Shown: in pieces, positions 1 to 11,619 of the stretch
How positions within the stretch are numbered: position 1 is the stretch's first letter
How the letters are laid out: each line of letters begins with the position of its first letter
Source: Mobula hypostoma
Taxonomy: Eukaryota
NCBI RefSeq assembly: GCF_963921235.1
Contig: NC_086108.1
Location: 30,940,001-31,004,000, forward strand
Length of the DNA stretch: 64,000 nucleotides
Direction: 5' to 3'
Made by a program: the position numbers and the translations under genes
The notes under the pieces: generated by a model
Databases searched by the model: none
What the model was told of the DNA's origin: nothing
The model's input: only the letters and a program-made list of their open reading frames with translations

Positions 1-310
1 GGAACCTCTCCCATCCTCATTGATGATGCAAAGATCATTGCCAGAGGCTCAGAAATCTCCTCCCTCACTTCCAATAGTAGCCTGGGGTACATCCTGTCCG
101 GTCCCAGTGACTTATCCAACTTGATGCTTTCCAAAACCTCCAGCACATCCTTTTTTTTAATATCTACATGCTCAAGCTTTTCAGTCCACTGCAAGCTATC
201 CCCACAATCGCCAAGATCCTCTTCCACAGTGAATACTGAAGCAAAATGTTCATTAAGTACCTCCCCTATTTCCTTCGGTTCCATACACACTTTTCCATTG
301 TCACACTTGA
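1..310 (-). mobile_element. CR1 LINE ORF2 fragment (pre-RT region), cut by the window edge
   Basis: Reverse strand translates as DVLEVLESIKLDKSLGPDRMYPRLLLEVREEISEPLAMIF, the CR1 'KSPGPD' region, homologous to the ORF at 31914-34319. Confidence 0.8.
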
Positions 311-312
311 TT

Positions 313-2445
313 CAGGAACTGCAAGTGTAAAACTTGCAGTTGTATACAGTAGTCAGGATATGGGCTACAAATTACAACTGGAGATAGAAAATGCATGTCA
401 AAAGGGTAATGTTACAATAGTTATGGAGGATTTCAATATGAAGGTCGATTGCGAAAACCAAATTGATCCTGATTTTGGATCCTGAGGGAGAATTTGTAGA
501 ATACCCATTGGCTTTTTGGAGCAGATTGTGGCTAAGCCCACTAGGGGATCAATTATTCTCAAATGGGTTATTCTTTTTTCAGATACAGTATATAAAGAGT
601 GAAAGGGAAGTGAGAGAAGATATCGGAAAATGGTGGTGGAGAGGTAGTAATGGTAGACAAACTGAATAAGTATTTTGCATCAGTCTTCACTGTGGAACAT
701 ACTAGCAGTATGCCAGAATTTCGACAGTATCAGGGGGCAGAAACGAGCGCAGTTGCTTTTACTCAGGAGAAGGTGTATGGGAAAATGAAAGATCTGAAGG
801 TAGATAAGTCGTCTGGACCAATCATATAGACCCCAGGGTTCTGAAAAAATTAGCTGAAGAGATTGTGGAGGCATTAGTAATGGTCTTACAAGAATCACTA
901 GATTCTGGAATGGTTCTGGAGGACGGGAGAATTGCAAATGTCTCTCCACTGTTCATGAAGGGAGGGAGGCAGAAGGAAGAACATTATAGGCCAGTTATCC
1001 CAACCTCAGTGGCTGGGGACATTTTGGAGTTGATTGTTAAGGATGAGGTTTCAGAGTACTTGGAGGAATATTGTAAAACAGGCCTAAGTCAGTATAGTTT
1101 GCTTTAAGAAAAACCCTGTCTGGCAAACCTGTTTGAATTCTTTAAGGAAATAACAAGCAGGATAGACTAAGGAAAATTGGTAGATGATGTGTACCTGAAT
1201 TTTCAGAAGGCTTTTGACAAGGTACTGCTCATGAGGCTGCTTAGCAAAATAACAACCCATGATATTACAGGAAAGATACTAGCATGGATAGAGCATTGAT
1301 TGATCAGCAGGAGGCAAAGAATGGAATAAAGGGAGTCTTTACTGACTGGCTGGTGGTGACTCGTGGTGTTCCATAGGGGGTCTGTGCTGAGGCTGCTTCT
1401 TTTTATGTTTGTATGTCAATGATTTGGATGGCTGAATTGTAGCTTCGTGGCCAAGTTTGTGAACAATATGAAGATAGGTGGAGAGGCAGGTAGTGTTGAG
1501 GAAAGAGGAAGCTGCAGAAGAACCTCAACTGATTAGGAGACTGGGCAAGAAAAGTAGTAGATGGAACACAGTTTTGGGAAGTGTATGATCATGTACTTTG
1601 GTAGAAGGAATGAAAGCATACACTATATTTTTTTAAATGGGGAGAAAAGTCCAAAACCTGAGGTTCAAAGGGACTTGGGAATCTTCATGCAAGGTTACCT
1701 TGCAGGTTGAGTCAGTTTTGAGGAAGGCAAATGCAATGTTATCATTCAATTCAAGAGGACTAGAACATAAAAACGAGGATGAAATGCTGAGGCTTTATAA
1801 AGGATTTGTTAGGCGTTACTTGGAGTATTGTGAACAGTTTTTGGCCCCTTTCTCTGAGAAAGGATGTATTGACATTGGAGAGCATTTAAAGGGGGTTCAC
1901 AAAAATGATTTTGGAAATGAAAGGTTTATCATATGAGGATTGTTTAATGGCTCTGGGCCTATACTTGCTGGAATTTAAAAGAATGAGGGGGATCTCATTG
2001 AAACCTATAGAATGTTGAATGGCCTAGATAGAGTGGATGTGGAGAGGATTTCAATAGGTGCATTTAATATCAGAGAAATGTATACAAAATACATCCTGAA
2101 ATTCTTTTTCTTCGCAGACATTCACAACACAGTATGGGGTGTTTCCTATAGTGGGAGCAGTCTTGGACCAGAGAGCATAGCCTCAGAATAGAGTGGCATC
2201 CATTTAGAATGATGAGGAGGAATTTCTTTAGCCAGAGCTGGTGAATCTGTGGAATTTCTTGCCACAGGCAGCTGTTGAGGCCAGGTCCTGGGGGTTGTTT
2301 AAAGTGGAGGTAGATAGATTATTAAGCAGAGAGAGTGGAAAAGGTTATGGGGAAAAGGCAGGAGAATGGGGTTGAGAAAAAAATGGATCATTTTTTGGCT
2401 CAATGGACTCAGTGGTCTAGTTCTGCCCCTATGTCTTATGGTCTT
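313..2445 (+). mobile_element. Degenerate CR1 LINE (endonuclease remnant, RT, 3' UTR and tail)
   Basis: ORF pieces 865-1107 (SLDSGMV..IANVSPLF.KGGRQK..YRPV) and 1637-1936 (KANAML..LEYCEQF); ends in cctatgtcttatggtctt; many stops and frameshifts; an ~80-bp foreign tail is inserted at ~2050-2130. Confidence 0.9.
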
Positions 2446-3119
2446 TCAGTCTTAACTTAAACAAGAACCAACCTTCAGTTTTATTCTGAATTACAAACAG
2501 TAAACTGAAGTTAAAAGCACAGGCTAACCCATAGACTAAGAGATATTTGCCTATGCATGAGCCTATCATCAAAACAATGGGGTTGTGTTAATTAGCCTGC
2601 ATCAAACCGGGCAACAATGGCTAGGTTATTTGCATCACTATGACTTGAGTTCAAGCTGTCAGACCAGACTGATGTTGTCACCCAACATATCAAACATGGT
2701 CATAGGGATAGGCAATCAATAGCTCTTGTGCATTCAGGATAGTTGTGCACTAGCGACAGCCCCGGCAACTACAATTTTGGATGTTTTAACTCTATCTTCT
2801 GAAGCTTTTAGACTGTGTGAATTACTTTATGACAAGGGTGTTTGAATATTCAGAGTGGCTCCCTTTGTAGATATGTGGTTCAATGGAAGCATTGTCAACC
2901 CAAAATATTGAAGTGATTGATATCATTGTAACTATTGAAACAGTATTGAATACCCTCTGTTACCTTTGATCTTAAGGGTATAAAAGTCTGATGTACTTTT
3001 GGGTTTGTGAGCCTGTACTGAAAGTATCTCCAGAATGATGCTTGCTTGTTGTGCTGAATAAAGGCTTCGATATCACCAGCTTCAGTGTCTCTCTGGTAAC
3101 TTCAATCACAGTCACAGCA
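2446..3119 (+). repeat. ERV 5' LTR
   Basis: Collinear with 7620-8234 plus 10415-10474 (shared blocks caatggggttgtgttaatt.gcctgcatcaaacc, tgacaagggtgtttgaa, ttcagtgtctctctggt); TATAAAA at 2979-2985, AATAAA at 3057-3062, ends in CA; extreme 5' end not visible. Confidence 0.88.
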
Positions 3120-3121
3120 TT

Positions 3122-3139
3122 TGGAAACTCGTCTGGGAT
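3122..3139 (+). promoter_or_regulatory. Primer binding site, tRNA-Pro-like
   Basis: TGGAAACTCGTCTGGGAT matches the MLV-type Pro PBS TGGGGGCTCGTCCGGGAT at 14/18 and lies 2 nt after the LTR end. Confidence 0.8.
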
Positions 3140-3708
3140 AAGTTTGTGACCCTCCGTGAGAACAGAAGCTTAGGCAGTCTAACGGGGTGAGTAGTTTTAA
3201 GAGTAGCACCCACTTTTTGGATCTGTTTAGGTCAATGACCATGGGATCATGAAATATTAAAGAAAACAGTGGAGATCTGAATTGGCAGATGAAAAAGTGG
3301 TATGTGTGTGTGCATACGTGTCTGTATAAGGGACTAGCTATCATACAGTCTTGGGTAGCTTGGTGAAACAGAGCCACAAGTTGTGAAATGTGATTACTGA
3401 CTGTTCAGGATGCCTGAAGGGTATGTGTATACTCATTCGGAAGAACTGTATTGTACTATACTTGCTTGTGAGTGTGTTTGTGTGTTTTTAAAAATAAGTT
3501 TGAAACCTTTGTGACACAGTTTTATATGGAAGGGAATGCAAAGGGCATCATAAATTCAGTGGCATAGAAGTGGCAGATTGCAGAATACGTAGTCCGTGAT
3601 TTTAAGTATGTACTGTTTAATTTTTATTCATCATTTATATTTTGCTTAGTATGGGAATTAGAGTGGAGGTATTTAAGGGGCAGATTATGTTAGTTATACT
3701 AGGTTGGT

Positions 3709-5600
3709 ATGGCACCTATTGTGGTCACACAATGGCAGGTCGAGAATTCTGATGATCCCAGCCGGACCTTGACCCTGATTACCATCATTCACAGACCCTT
3801 CACCCTCGAGGAGAAGCAGAGCATTTTGTTAGAGCTGCCTTCACTTAAATTTGCTTGTGGGAATTCAGATTTCTGGCACAAGCCTGAGGAATTGATTGAA
3901 ATTCGCCAGCTACACCACAAAGGTGTACTATAGTGAGATGGGTAGAATGAGTGACAAGGTTCTGCGAGGGAGTTCAGGGAGTTGGGTGATAAGTTAAGGT
4001 CAGAACCTCCAGGGTTGCCATCTCAGGATTGCTACCTGTGGCACATGCTAGTGAGGCCATGCAGCATCTCCAAGTTTGCGGATGACACGAAGCTGGGTGG
4101 CAGTGTTAGCTGTGAGGAGGATGCTAAGAGGATGCAGGGTGACTTGGATAGGTTGGGTGAGTGGGCAAACTCATGGCAGATGCAATTTAATGTGGATAAA
4201 TGTGAAGTTATCCACTTTGGTGGCAAAAATAGGAAAACAGATTATTATCTGAATGGTGGCCGATTAGGAAAAGGGGAGGTGCAAGGAGACCTGGGTGTCA
4301 TTATACACCAGTCATTGAAAGTGGGCATGCAGGTACAGCAGGCGGTGAAAAAGGCGAATGGTATGCTGGCATTTATAGCAAGAGGATTCGAGTACAGGAG
4401 CAGGGAGGTACTACTGCAGTTGTACAAGGCCTTGGTGAGATCACACCTGGAGTATTGTGTGCAGTTTTGGTCCCCTAATCTGAGGAAAGACATCTTTGCC
4501 ATAGAGGGAGTACAAAGAAGGTTCACCAGATTGATTCCTGGGATGGCAGGTCTTTCATATGAAGAAAGACTGGATGAACTGGGCTTGTACTCGTTGGAAT
4601 TTAGAAGATTGAGGGGGGATCTGATTGAAACATATAAGATCCTAAAGGGATTGGACAGGCTAGATGCGGGAAGATTGTTCCCGATGTTGGGGAGGTCCAG
4701 AATGAGGGGTCACAGTTTGAGGATAAAGGGGAAGCCTTTTAGGACCGAGATGAGGAAAAACTTCTTCACACAGAGAGTGGTGAATCTGTGGAATTCTCTG
4801 CCACAGGAAACAGTTGAGGCCAGTTCATTGGCTATATTTAAGAGGGAGTTAGATACGGCCCTTGTGGCTACGGGGATCGGGGGTATGGAGGGAAGGCTGG
4901 GGTGGGGTTCTGAGTTGGATGATCAGCCATGATCATAATAAATGGCGGTGCAGGCTCGAAGGGCCGAATGGCCTACTCCTGCACCTATTTTCTATGTTTC
5001 TATAACACTTTTGGATCATTGGGCTCTCTTCCAGAGATGGTGGTACAGATAGGACAGTTTGCACATGAACTGGAGGGGGAATAATTCCTATCAGGAAGGT
5101 TTGTTAATGCTGCATTTAATGTGAGGTTTAAACTAGAGGCTGCAGGGGTTAATATGGGGTTTAAACTAGAGAGTGAAAGCCATGATGAGGCACAGAAGAA
5201 GCCATGGCATTCCACAGCAACCAAGGAAGACCCCAGTTGTGACGCTTGTTCGTAGCATTGGACCTGACCTTCTGAGGTCGAGAGGTGCTTTTCCACTTTA
5301 CAAGCTCACCCACGCAGGTTTAATGTCATTGCTTGGCTCGATGGACAGCTACCAAATAAGTATGTGATCCAGTCTTCCTGAAAATGCTGAAGGAAAGTCT
5401 GAGTTCAGCCCATCAGGAAGTTCTGGATTTGGGGATAGTAGTAGGATCAACCTACCCTGAGATAGTCTCATGGGCTGGGAGATACACCAGAGGAGGTGGA
5501 AGAGAAGTCGTACAGTGGCTATAGTGGATGCAGCTGCCGTGCTGTCATAGAGGACTTGCTCTGTGTGCCAGCAAACAGGGCACCTAGCAAGGAAGTGCCA
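3709..5600 (+). pseudogene. gag: ERV gag remnant (interrupted by CR1) with nucleocapsid zinc knuckle
   Basis: 5557-5598 translates CSVCQQTGHLARKC (C-x2-C-x4-H-x4-C); upstream HRPFTLEEKQSILLELP resembles a capsid-region motif (weaker evidence). Confidence 0.7.
4059..5003 (+). mobile_element. Young 5'-truncated CR1 LINE (RT C-terminal half) nested in ERV gag
   Basis: Near-identical to 33470-34417; KFADDTK RT motif; (TTTCTATG)n tail; the N-terminus of ORF 3982-4932 is flanking ERV sequence. Confidence 0.96.
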
Positions 5601-5818
5601 GGATAGTCATAGGAGGGGAAAGGAGATCATGTTACAGCTGTGGCCTGCTGGGCCATCGTTGGAGGCAGTGTCCTACAAAGAGACTAAGGTGTGCAAATCT
5701 TCCACCAAAACAAGAAATGATAGCAGTGCCTTCTCTGTCCAACAAGATCATAGAGCTTGTGAGATCAGCATCCATTTCATACAAATGGTTGGAGGCAGCC
5801 TTCATTGACAGTACTAGT

Positions 5819-6110
5819 CACCCACAGATAATTCTAAGAGGTTTATTAAAGGGCGAGCAATGTGAAATCTTAGTGGACACCAAGTCGTAAGTATTGATCT
5901 ACTCTTTCCCATGAATGGAGGGGCGATTTACATAACCAGTGCAGGGGGTAAAGCACTGAGGGTGGAGAAAATTGAGCCCCAGGTTCTTGAGATAGAAGGA
6001 GTGAAGTTTCCTGCAGATATTTGGATTTGCCCAAACAATGAGGGTACTGTCCTGGAGACAGGCACACAAAGTAAGGCAGGTGTCATCATAGATTCAGGAA
6101 AAGGAGAAAT
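5819..6110 (+). pseudogene. Retroviral aspartic protease remnant
   Basis: HPQIILRGLLKGEQCEILVDTKS* (degenerate LVDTG) then, after a frameshift, IYITSAGGK..LEIEGVKFPADIWICP..TVLE. Confidence 0.65.
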
Positions 6111-6244
6111 AACATGGACAAGACAGGGACAGAGAACATGTGTGACCCCCAGAGTAGCTAACATGGCCCGCAGAGAGACAACAGCCCCAAGCAAGGAGGA
6201 GAGGCAGGACAATGTATGGGAATCATATCAGGAGCTCCCAAAGG

Positions 6245-6385
6245 TCAAACACAGTCCAGAACTGTTAAAGGCAGTGAAGCTGCCCGCAAAGGTAGCAGCA
6301 ATTAAAGACACATGAGAAAGGGGAGAGTACAATGCAGAAAGAGACTGAATGTGCAGATCATGGGGTAAAGAGAGCAACCAAAGAA
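6245..6385 (+). pseudogene. Retroviral RNase H C-terminal remnant
   Basis: ELLKAVKLPAKVAAIK followed by ECADHGVKRA, resembling the class I pattern LL.AV.LP..VA.I ... N..AD..AK.A. Confidence 0.55.
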
Positions 6386-6523
6386 CATGAGTTGACAGAA
6401 ATTGAACGCGCAGAGAAAGAAATTACAGAGGGCAATTCAGTAAGATATTGTGTAGATGTGAAGGACCATTGTAACCAGGTTAACACAATGAGGGACAGAG
6501 CAAAACAACAGTAACATATTGCT

Positions 6524-6651
6524 ACATACATCAAAGTTGCTGGTGAACGCAGCAGGCCAAGCAGCATCTATAGGAAGAGGTGCAGTCGACGTTTCAGGCC
6601 GAGACCCTTCGTCAGGACTAACTGAAGGAAGAGTGAGTAAGGGATTTGAAA
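6524..6651 (-). mobile_element. 128-bp Penelope terminal-repeat fragment with 14-bp TSD
   Basis: Near-identical to 38605-38732; flanked by AGTAACATATTGCT at 6510-6523 and 6652-6665. Confidence 0.93.
6583..6620 (-). ncRNA. Minimal type I hammerhead ribozyme (Penelope-associated), intact core
   Basis: Reverse complement reads UAGUC-CUGACGA-AGGGUCUCGGCCU-GAAA-CG-UC-GACUG: core boxes, stem I UAGUC/GACUG, stem II, GUC site. Confidence 0.8.
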
Positions 6652-7619
6652 AGTAACATATTGCTGATCAGAGAGAGCCAGGAGAGAGAAAATAATCCTC
6701 CTACACCCAGAGAGCTGTCCGAAGGGGCCGGGTTCTCTCCCAGGTAGATAGGACTATAGGTGGTGCTCCAAACAAAAGACACATCTATTTCTGGGCAGAC
6801 TTTGTAATGAAGGCTGGCTCTGGGAGATAGATCAGTCGTTGTGTAGATCCGAATAGAAAGGTATTGAGTAAAATAGATGGGAAGGGATCCAAGTTATGGT
6901 AGAGACATGAACTTCCACAGGACCAAGAAAAGGAAGTTGCTCAGAGTGTCTGAAGTCAGCCACTCCGGGCTGGAAAAGGAGTGGATGCAAATGAACTGGA
7001 CCCTTTCAGTGGTCAGGCCACCAATCGAAGGAATAGTCCAGGAGTAGGTACCTCCAGGTTGAGGCCCTTGAAACTATTCCAATAGAGACTACCCCATACC
7101 CAGCTGTAGATTTATCAAAGGGGCTGAGAGACCTGTTGTCAGATTTTTCTGACACTCTTCCATCATGGCATGGAGTGTGAACCTGATACAGTTGCTCTGC
7201 ATGTGCCCCTGCCCTCAGAGTAACTACTAATAGCCACTACTGAGCTTTAACTATCAGATATTGAGGGGGTGAAGGTAAGGATGAGTAAATTACAGTGGTC
7301 CATCAGACGAGGAGGCAACAGCACATAAATAACAAAGCTGCATTTAAAACCTGTTGAAACTGAGAAAACAAGTGTGTCCACGAAGAACATATGATGATAT
7401 TTCCGGAATGTTTTATTGCCATCTCTACCTAGTCTTGTAGAGAGCCAGTTAGGGATGATAGTGTAGACATAAATGCATAGAGTTACATGATAGTTTAGTA
7501 ATTGGAGAAGGGATTCAAAGTGAAGGGCATTTTTGCTGCCCTCCTTTAAATTTAGCCTTTCTAGGACAGATTTCTGTCCAGGAGCCAGGAGGAGGGTAGG
7601 CCAGGGAATATTCAAGAGT

Positions 7620-10474
7620 TGTGTGAATGTAGCTGATATTAGCTCAAGCAAGAGCCAGTCTTCAGGTTTTTTTGCCAATTGCAAGCAGTAGACTGAAGTT
7701 AAAAGCCCACAGACTAAAAAATATGGTTTGTAAAATGGTGACCATGAGACCATACGCAATGGGGTTGTGTTAATTGGCCTGCATCAAACCTGGCAACATG
7801 GGCTAAGTTATTTGCACCATTGTGACTTGAGATTAATTTGGCAGACCAGACAAATGTTGTCACTTAGCTGATCAAACATGGCACAGGTATAGACAATCAA
7901 TAGCTTTCCTGTATTCAGGATATTTGTGTACTCAGAGGAAGCCCTGAAAACATTAATTTTGGATGTCTGGCTCTCTGTCTTCAGAATATTTTAGGGTATT
8001 TGTGTGAAATTCTTTGTGACAAGGGTGTTTGAACAATCAGAGGTGTCTCCCTCTGTATTTTAAAAGAAGTATTGATAAGCCAAAATATCGAAGTAAGTGA
8101 CGTCATAGTAACTATTGAAATTGTATGGAATCACCATTGATCTGAAGGCTGTAAAATGTGATATACTTTGGGTTTGTGAGCCTCTATTGAGAGCATCTCC
8201 AGGATGATGTCTGCTTCTTGTAACAAATAAAGACAGTGAGAAAATGGTCGGAGGAGGCTTATGAGGTGCTTCAGGGTTCTTTTGAGGTGACAGACTGGCA
8301 GGCACTCTGTAAGCCACATGGAGAGGATATTGATGGGCTCACAGAGTGCATCACTGATTACATCAACTTCTGTGTGGACTGCAATGTTCGCACAAAAACT
8401 GTCCTTTGTTATTCAAATAACAAGCCATGGGTGACAAAGGACATTAAGAACATCCTGAACGCTAAAAAGAGGGCTCTTAGAGATGGAAATAGGGAGGAGC
8501 TGAGGGCAATACAGAGGGACTTGAAAGCCAGGATCAGGGAGGCTAAAGACAGGTACAGGAGGAAGCTTGAGTGGAAACTCCAGCAGAACAACATGAGAGA
8601 GGTCTGGAGGGGGATGAGGACCATCACTGGGTTCCGGCAAACTAGCAACAGAGGAGTTGAAGGCAGTGTGGACAGGGCCAACGAACTTAACCTGTCCTTT
8701 AACAGATTTGACATTGTGGCCCCTGTCCATCCCCCACATGAGCCATCTGTTGTCGGCCCCCAACAAACACATATTCCACTCTCCCCTCCTACCCCTCCTC
8801 ACAGTCCCCCACTCTGCTCTCATGACTATACCCCTTCCCCACACGAAACCACCACGGTGGGCTTCACAGCTGAACAGGTGGGAAGACAGCTGAAATGTCT
8901 CAACCCAAGCAAGGCTGCAGGACCAGATGGTATCAGTACCAGGGTGCTCAAAGCCTGTGCCCCTCAGCTATGTGGAGTACTTCGCCATGTATTCAACCTG
9001 AGCCTGAGTCTCCGGAGGGTTCCTGTCCTGTGGAAGACGTCCTGCCTCGTCCCTGTGCCGAAGACGTCACGCCCCAGCGGCCTCAATGACTACAGACCGG
9101 TGGCATTGACCTCCCTCATCATGAAGACCCTGGAGAGACTTGTTCTGGAGCTGCTCCGGCCTATGGTCAGGCCACACTTAGATCCCCTCCAGTTTGCCTA
9201 CCAGCCCCGACTAGGAGTTGAGGATGCCATCGTCTACCTGCTGAACTGTGTCTACGCCCACCTGGACAAGCCAGCGAGCACTGTGAGGGTCATGTTTTTT
9301 GACTTCTCCAGTGCATTCAACACCATCTTCCCTGCTCTGCTGGGGGAGAAACTGACAGCGATGTAGGTGGATGCTCCCCTGGTGTCATGGATTCTTGATT
9401 ACCTCACTGGCAGACCACAGTACGTGTGCTTGCAACACTGTGTGTCTGACAGAGTGATCAGCAGCACTGGGGCTCCCCAGAGGACTGTCTTGTCTCCCTT
9501 TGTCTTCACCATTTACACCTCGGACTTCAACTACTGCACAGAGTCTTGTCATCTTCAGAAGTTTTCGGGTGACTCTGCCATAGTTGGATGCATCAGCAAG
9601 GGAGCTGAGGCTGAGTACAGGGCTACGGCAGGAAACTTTGTCACATGGTGTGAGCAGAATTATCTGCAGCTTAATGTGAAAAAGACTAAGGAGCTGGTGG
9701 TAGACCTAAGGAGAGCTAAGGTACCGGTGACCCCTGTTTCCATCCAAGGGGTCAGTGTGGACATGGTGGAGGATTACAAATACCTGGGGATACGAATTGA
9801 CAATAAACTGGACTGGTCAAAGGACACTGAGGCTGTCTACAAGAAGGGTCAGAGGCGTCTCTATTTCCTGAGGAGACTGAGGTCCTTTAACATCTGCCGG
9901 ACGATGCTGAGGATGTTCTACGAGTCTGTGGTGGCCAGTGCGATCATATTTGCTGTTGTGTGCTGGGGCAGCAGACACCAACAGAATCAACAAACTCATT
10001 TGTAAGGCCAGTGATGTTGTGGGGATGGAACTGGACTCTCTGATGGTGGTATCTGAAAAGGGAATGCTGTCTAAGTTGCATGCCATCTTAGACAATGTCT
10101 CCCGTCCACTACATAATGTACTGGGTGGGCACAGGAGTACATTCAGCCAAAGACTCATTCCACCGAGATGCAACACAGAGCGTCATAGGAAGTCATTCCT
10201 GCCTGTGGCCATCAAACTTTACAACTCCTCCCTTGGAGGGTCAGACACCCCGAGCTGGTCCTGGACTTATTTCCTGGCATAATTTACATATTACTATTAA
10301 ACTATTTATAGTTTTATTACTATTTATTATTTATGGTGCAACTGTAACAAAAAACTATTTCCCCCAGGATCAATAAAGTATAACTATGACTATGACTATG
10401 ACTATGATTATGACTTTCATATAAAGATTTCAGTGTCTCTCTGGTGACTTTGGTCATAGTCTCAAAAAAAAACA
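7620..10474 (+). repeat. ERV 3' LTR split by Rex1 (7620-8234 and 10415-10474)
   Basis: Homologous to the 5' LTR; purine tract aggaggagggtagg at ~7588-7600; AATAAA at 8226-8231; U5-like part resumes after the Rex1 tail. Confidence 0.87.
8235..10414 (+). mobile_element. Rex1/Babar-type non-LTR retrotransposon, 5'-truncated, relatively young
   Basis: ORFs 8236-9366 and 9367-10005 are in frame across one TAG; motifs KAAGPDG, NDYRPVALTS, DPLQFAY, FFDFSSAFNTI, GAPQ, LQKFSGDS (catalytic DD damaged), KTKELVVD; frameshift at ~9975; AATAAA plus (TATGAC)n tail. Confidence 0.95.
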
Positions 10475-11270
10475 ATGGGAAATGGGAAAGCAGAGGGGTG
10501 AATTCCAGATTGGAGGATGATCAGTAGTGATATCCCACAGAATTAGTAATAGGTTCACAGCTTTTTTTTTGACATACAGTTGGCTTAAGTATAGGTGAAA
10601 TAAAATGTCCAAATTTCCAAATTCTACTGAGTTAGCAAGTACAGTCAACAGTGGGGAGAATAGCAATGGTTTACAATCGTCGTCGTGGCTATTCCTCGAG
10701 GTTCAGGATGATGGTATTCGTTCTGTTGATCTACTTATAGACTCTCAAGTGGCTTATAAGTCCAATCTTGGCTTTGAAAGTTCTTCTGCATTCAGGACAG
10801 GTAGTTCCAGATGGCAGACTGGGCTTTGATTGTTGCTGCATCTCTTTCCATTTTCTTCTCTTTTCTTCTAATTCTGCACATCTGTTGGCTTCGAAAGTTG
10901 CTGTTCCTTCTCGGATGATGGCTTGCCAGAGTTTCCTGTCCTTGGCATTGGTTTCCCAATTGTTGATCTCGATGTTACATTTCTTCATGTTGGCTTTTAA
11001 GACGTCTTTGATTCTCTTCTGTTGTCTGCCTCTTTTATGTTTGCCTTCTTTAACCTGGGAGTAGAAGATTTGTTTCAGCAGACGTTCAATAGGACATAAG
11101 CTAGCAGATCAGGTAGACTAGTGACAGATGAAAGGGGATCATAAGAAATGTGAAGTGATACACTGAGATAGAAAGAAAGATTTGAGAGGAATAGAATGGT
11201 TATTTTAGAGGTTGAGGCACATTGGTGTGCCAATGCATAGACTTTGAATATAAAAAGGCATACTGTGAGA
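10475..11270 (+). mobile_element. Old CR1 RT remnant interrupted by an RTE fragment
   Basis: Eroded similarity to the SKFADDTK and KCEV regions on both sides of the RTE insert. Confidence 0.5.
10677..11090 (-). mobile_element. RTE-clade (BovB-like) LINE 3' end
   Basis: ORF 10731-10988 reads WETNAKDRKLW...CPECRRTFKAKIGLISHLR, a typical RTE C-terminus with zinc finger; short (ACG)n tail on the minus strand at ~10677-10686. Confidence 0.88.
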
Positions 11271-11299
11271 CTACAGAAAAGTTGGAGCAACCTGGTACT

Positions 11300-11515
11300 A
11301 CCTGCCTGTCATCTGACACCCCTCCTCAATTCACCAGTCACCACTCCCCTTCTCCCCTTTATTCTGGCCACCTCGCCTTTTTACTCTCCCTCCTCATAAA
11401 GGACTTTAACCTGAAATGTTGGCAATTCTTTTCCTCCTACAAATGTTGTTCATCCAATAAGCTTCTTCAGCAAATAGTTTATTGTGCAAGATTCCAGCGG
11501 CTGCAGTCTCTTCTA
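11300..11515 (+). mobile_element. Old Penelope terminal-repeat remnant
   Basis: Pyrimidine tract, eroded hammerhead-like cctcataaaggactttaacctgaaatgttggc, then ttccagc..ctgcag end. Confidence 0.55.
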
Positions 11516-11619
11516 AGCAGGCGTGCAGTGCTAGCTGGAGCGCACCGGAGCACGTCCTGCACATCTTTAAGAAAAAAAGCCGAAATAAACAAGTTAATTA
11601 ATTAGGTGCCGCCCAGGGT

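Larger units (their letters stand above)
2446..10474 (+). mobile_element. Degenerate endogenous retrovirus (class I-like), internally deleted, with nested CR1, Penelope and Rex1 insertions
   Basis: Two homologous direct repeats, PBS, CCHC zinc knuckle, protease-like and RNase H-like remnants, purine tract before the 3' repeat. Confidence 0.85.

Noticed and set aside
7247..7759. 170-aa minus-strand ORF in the ERV as env or an accessory gene
   Set aside because: Antisense, overlaps the LTR, non-ATG start and no recognisable motif
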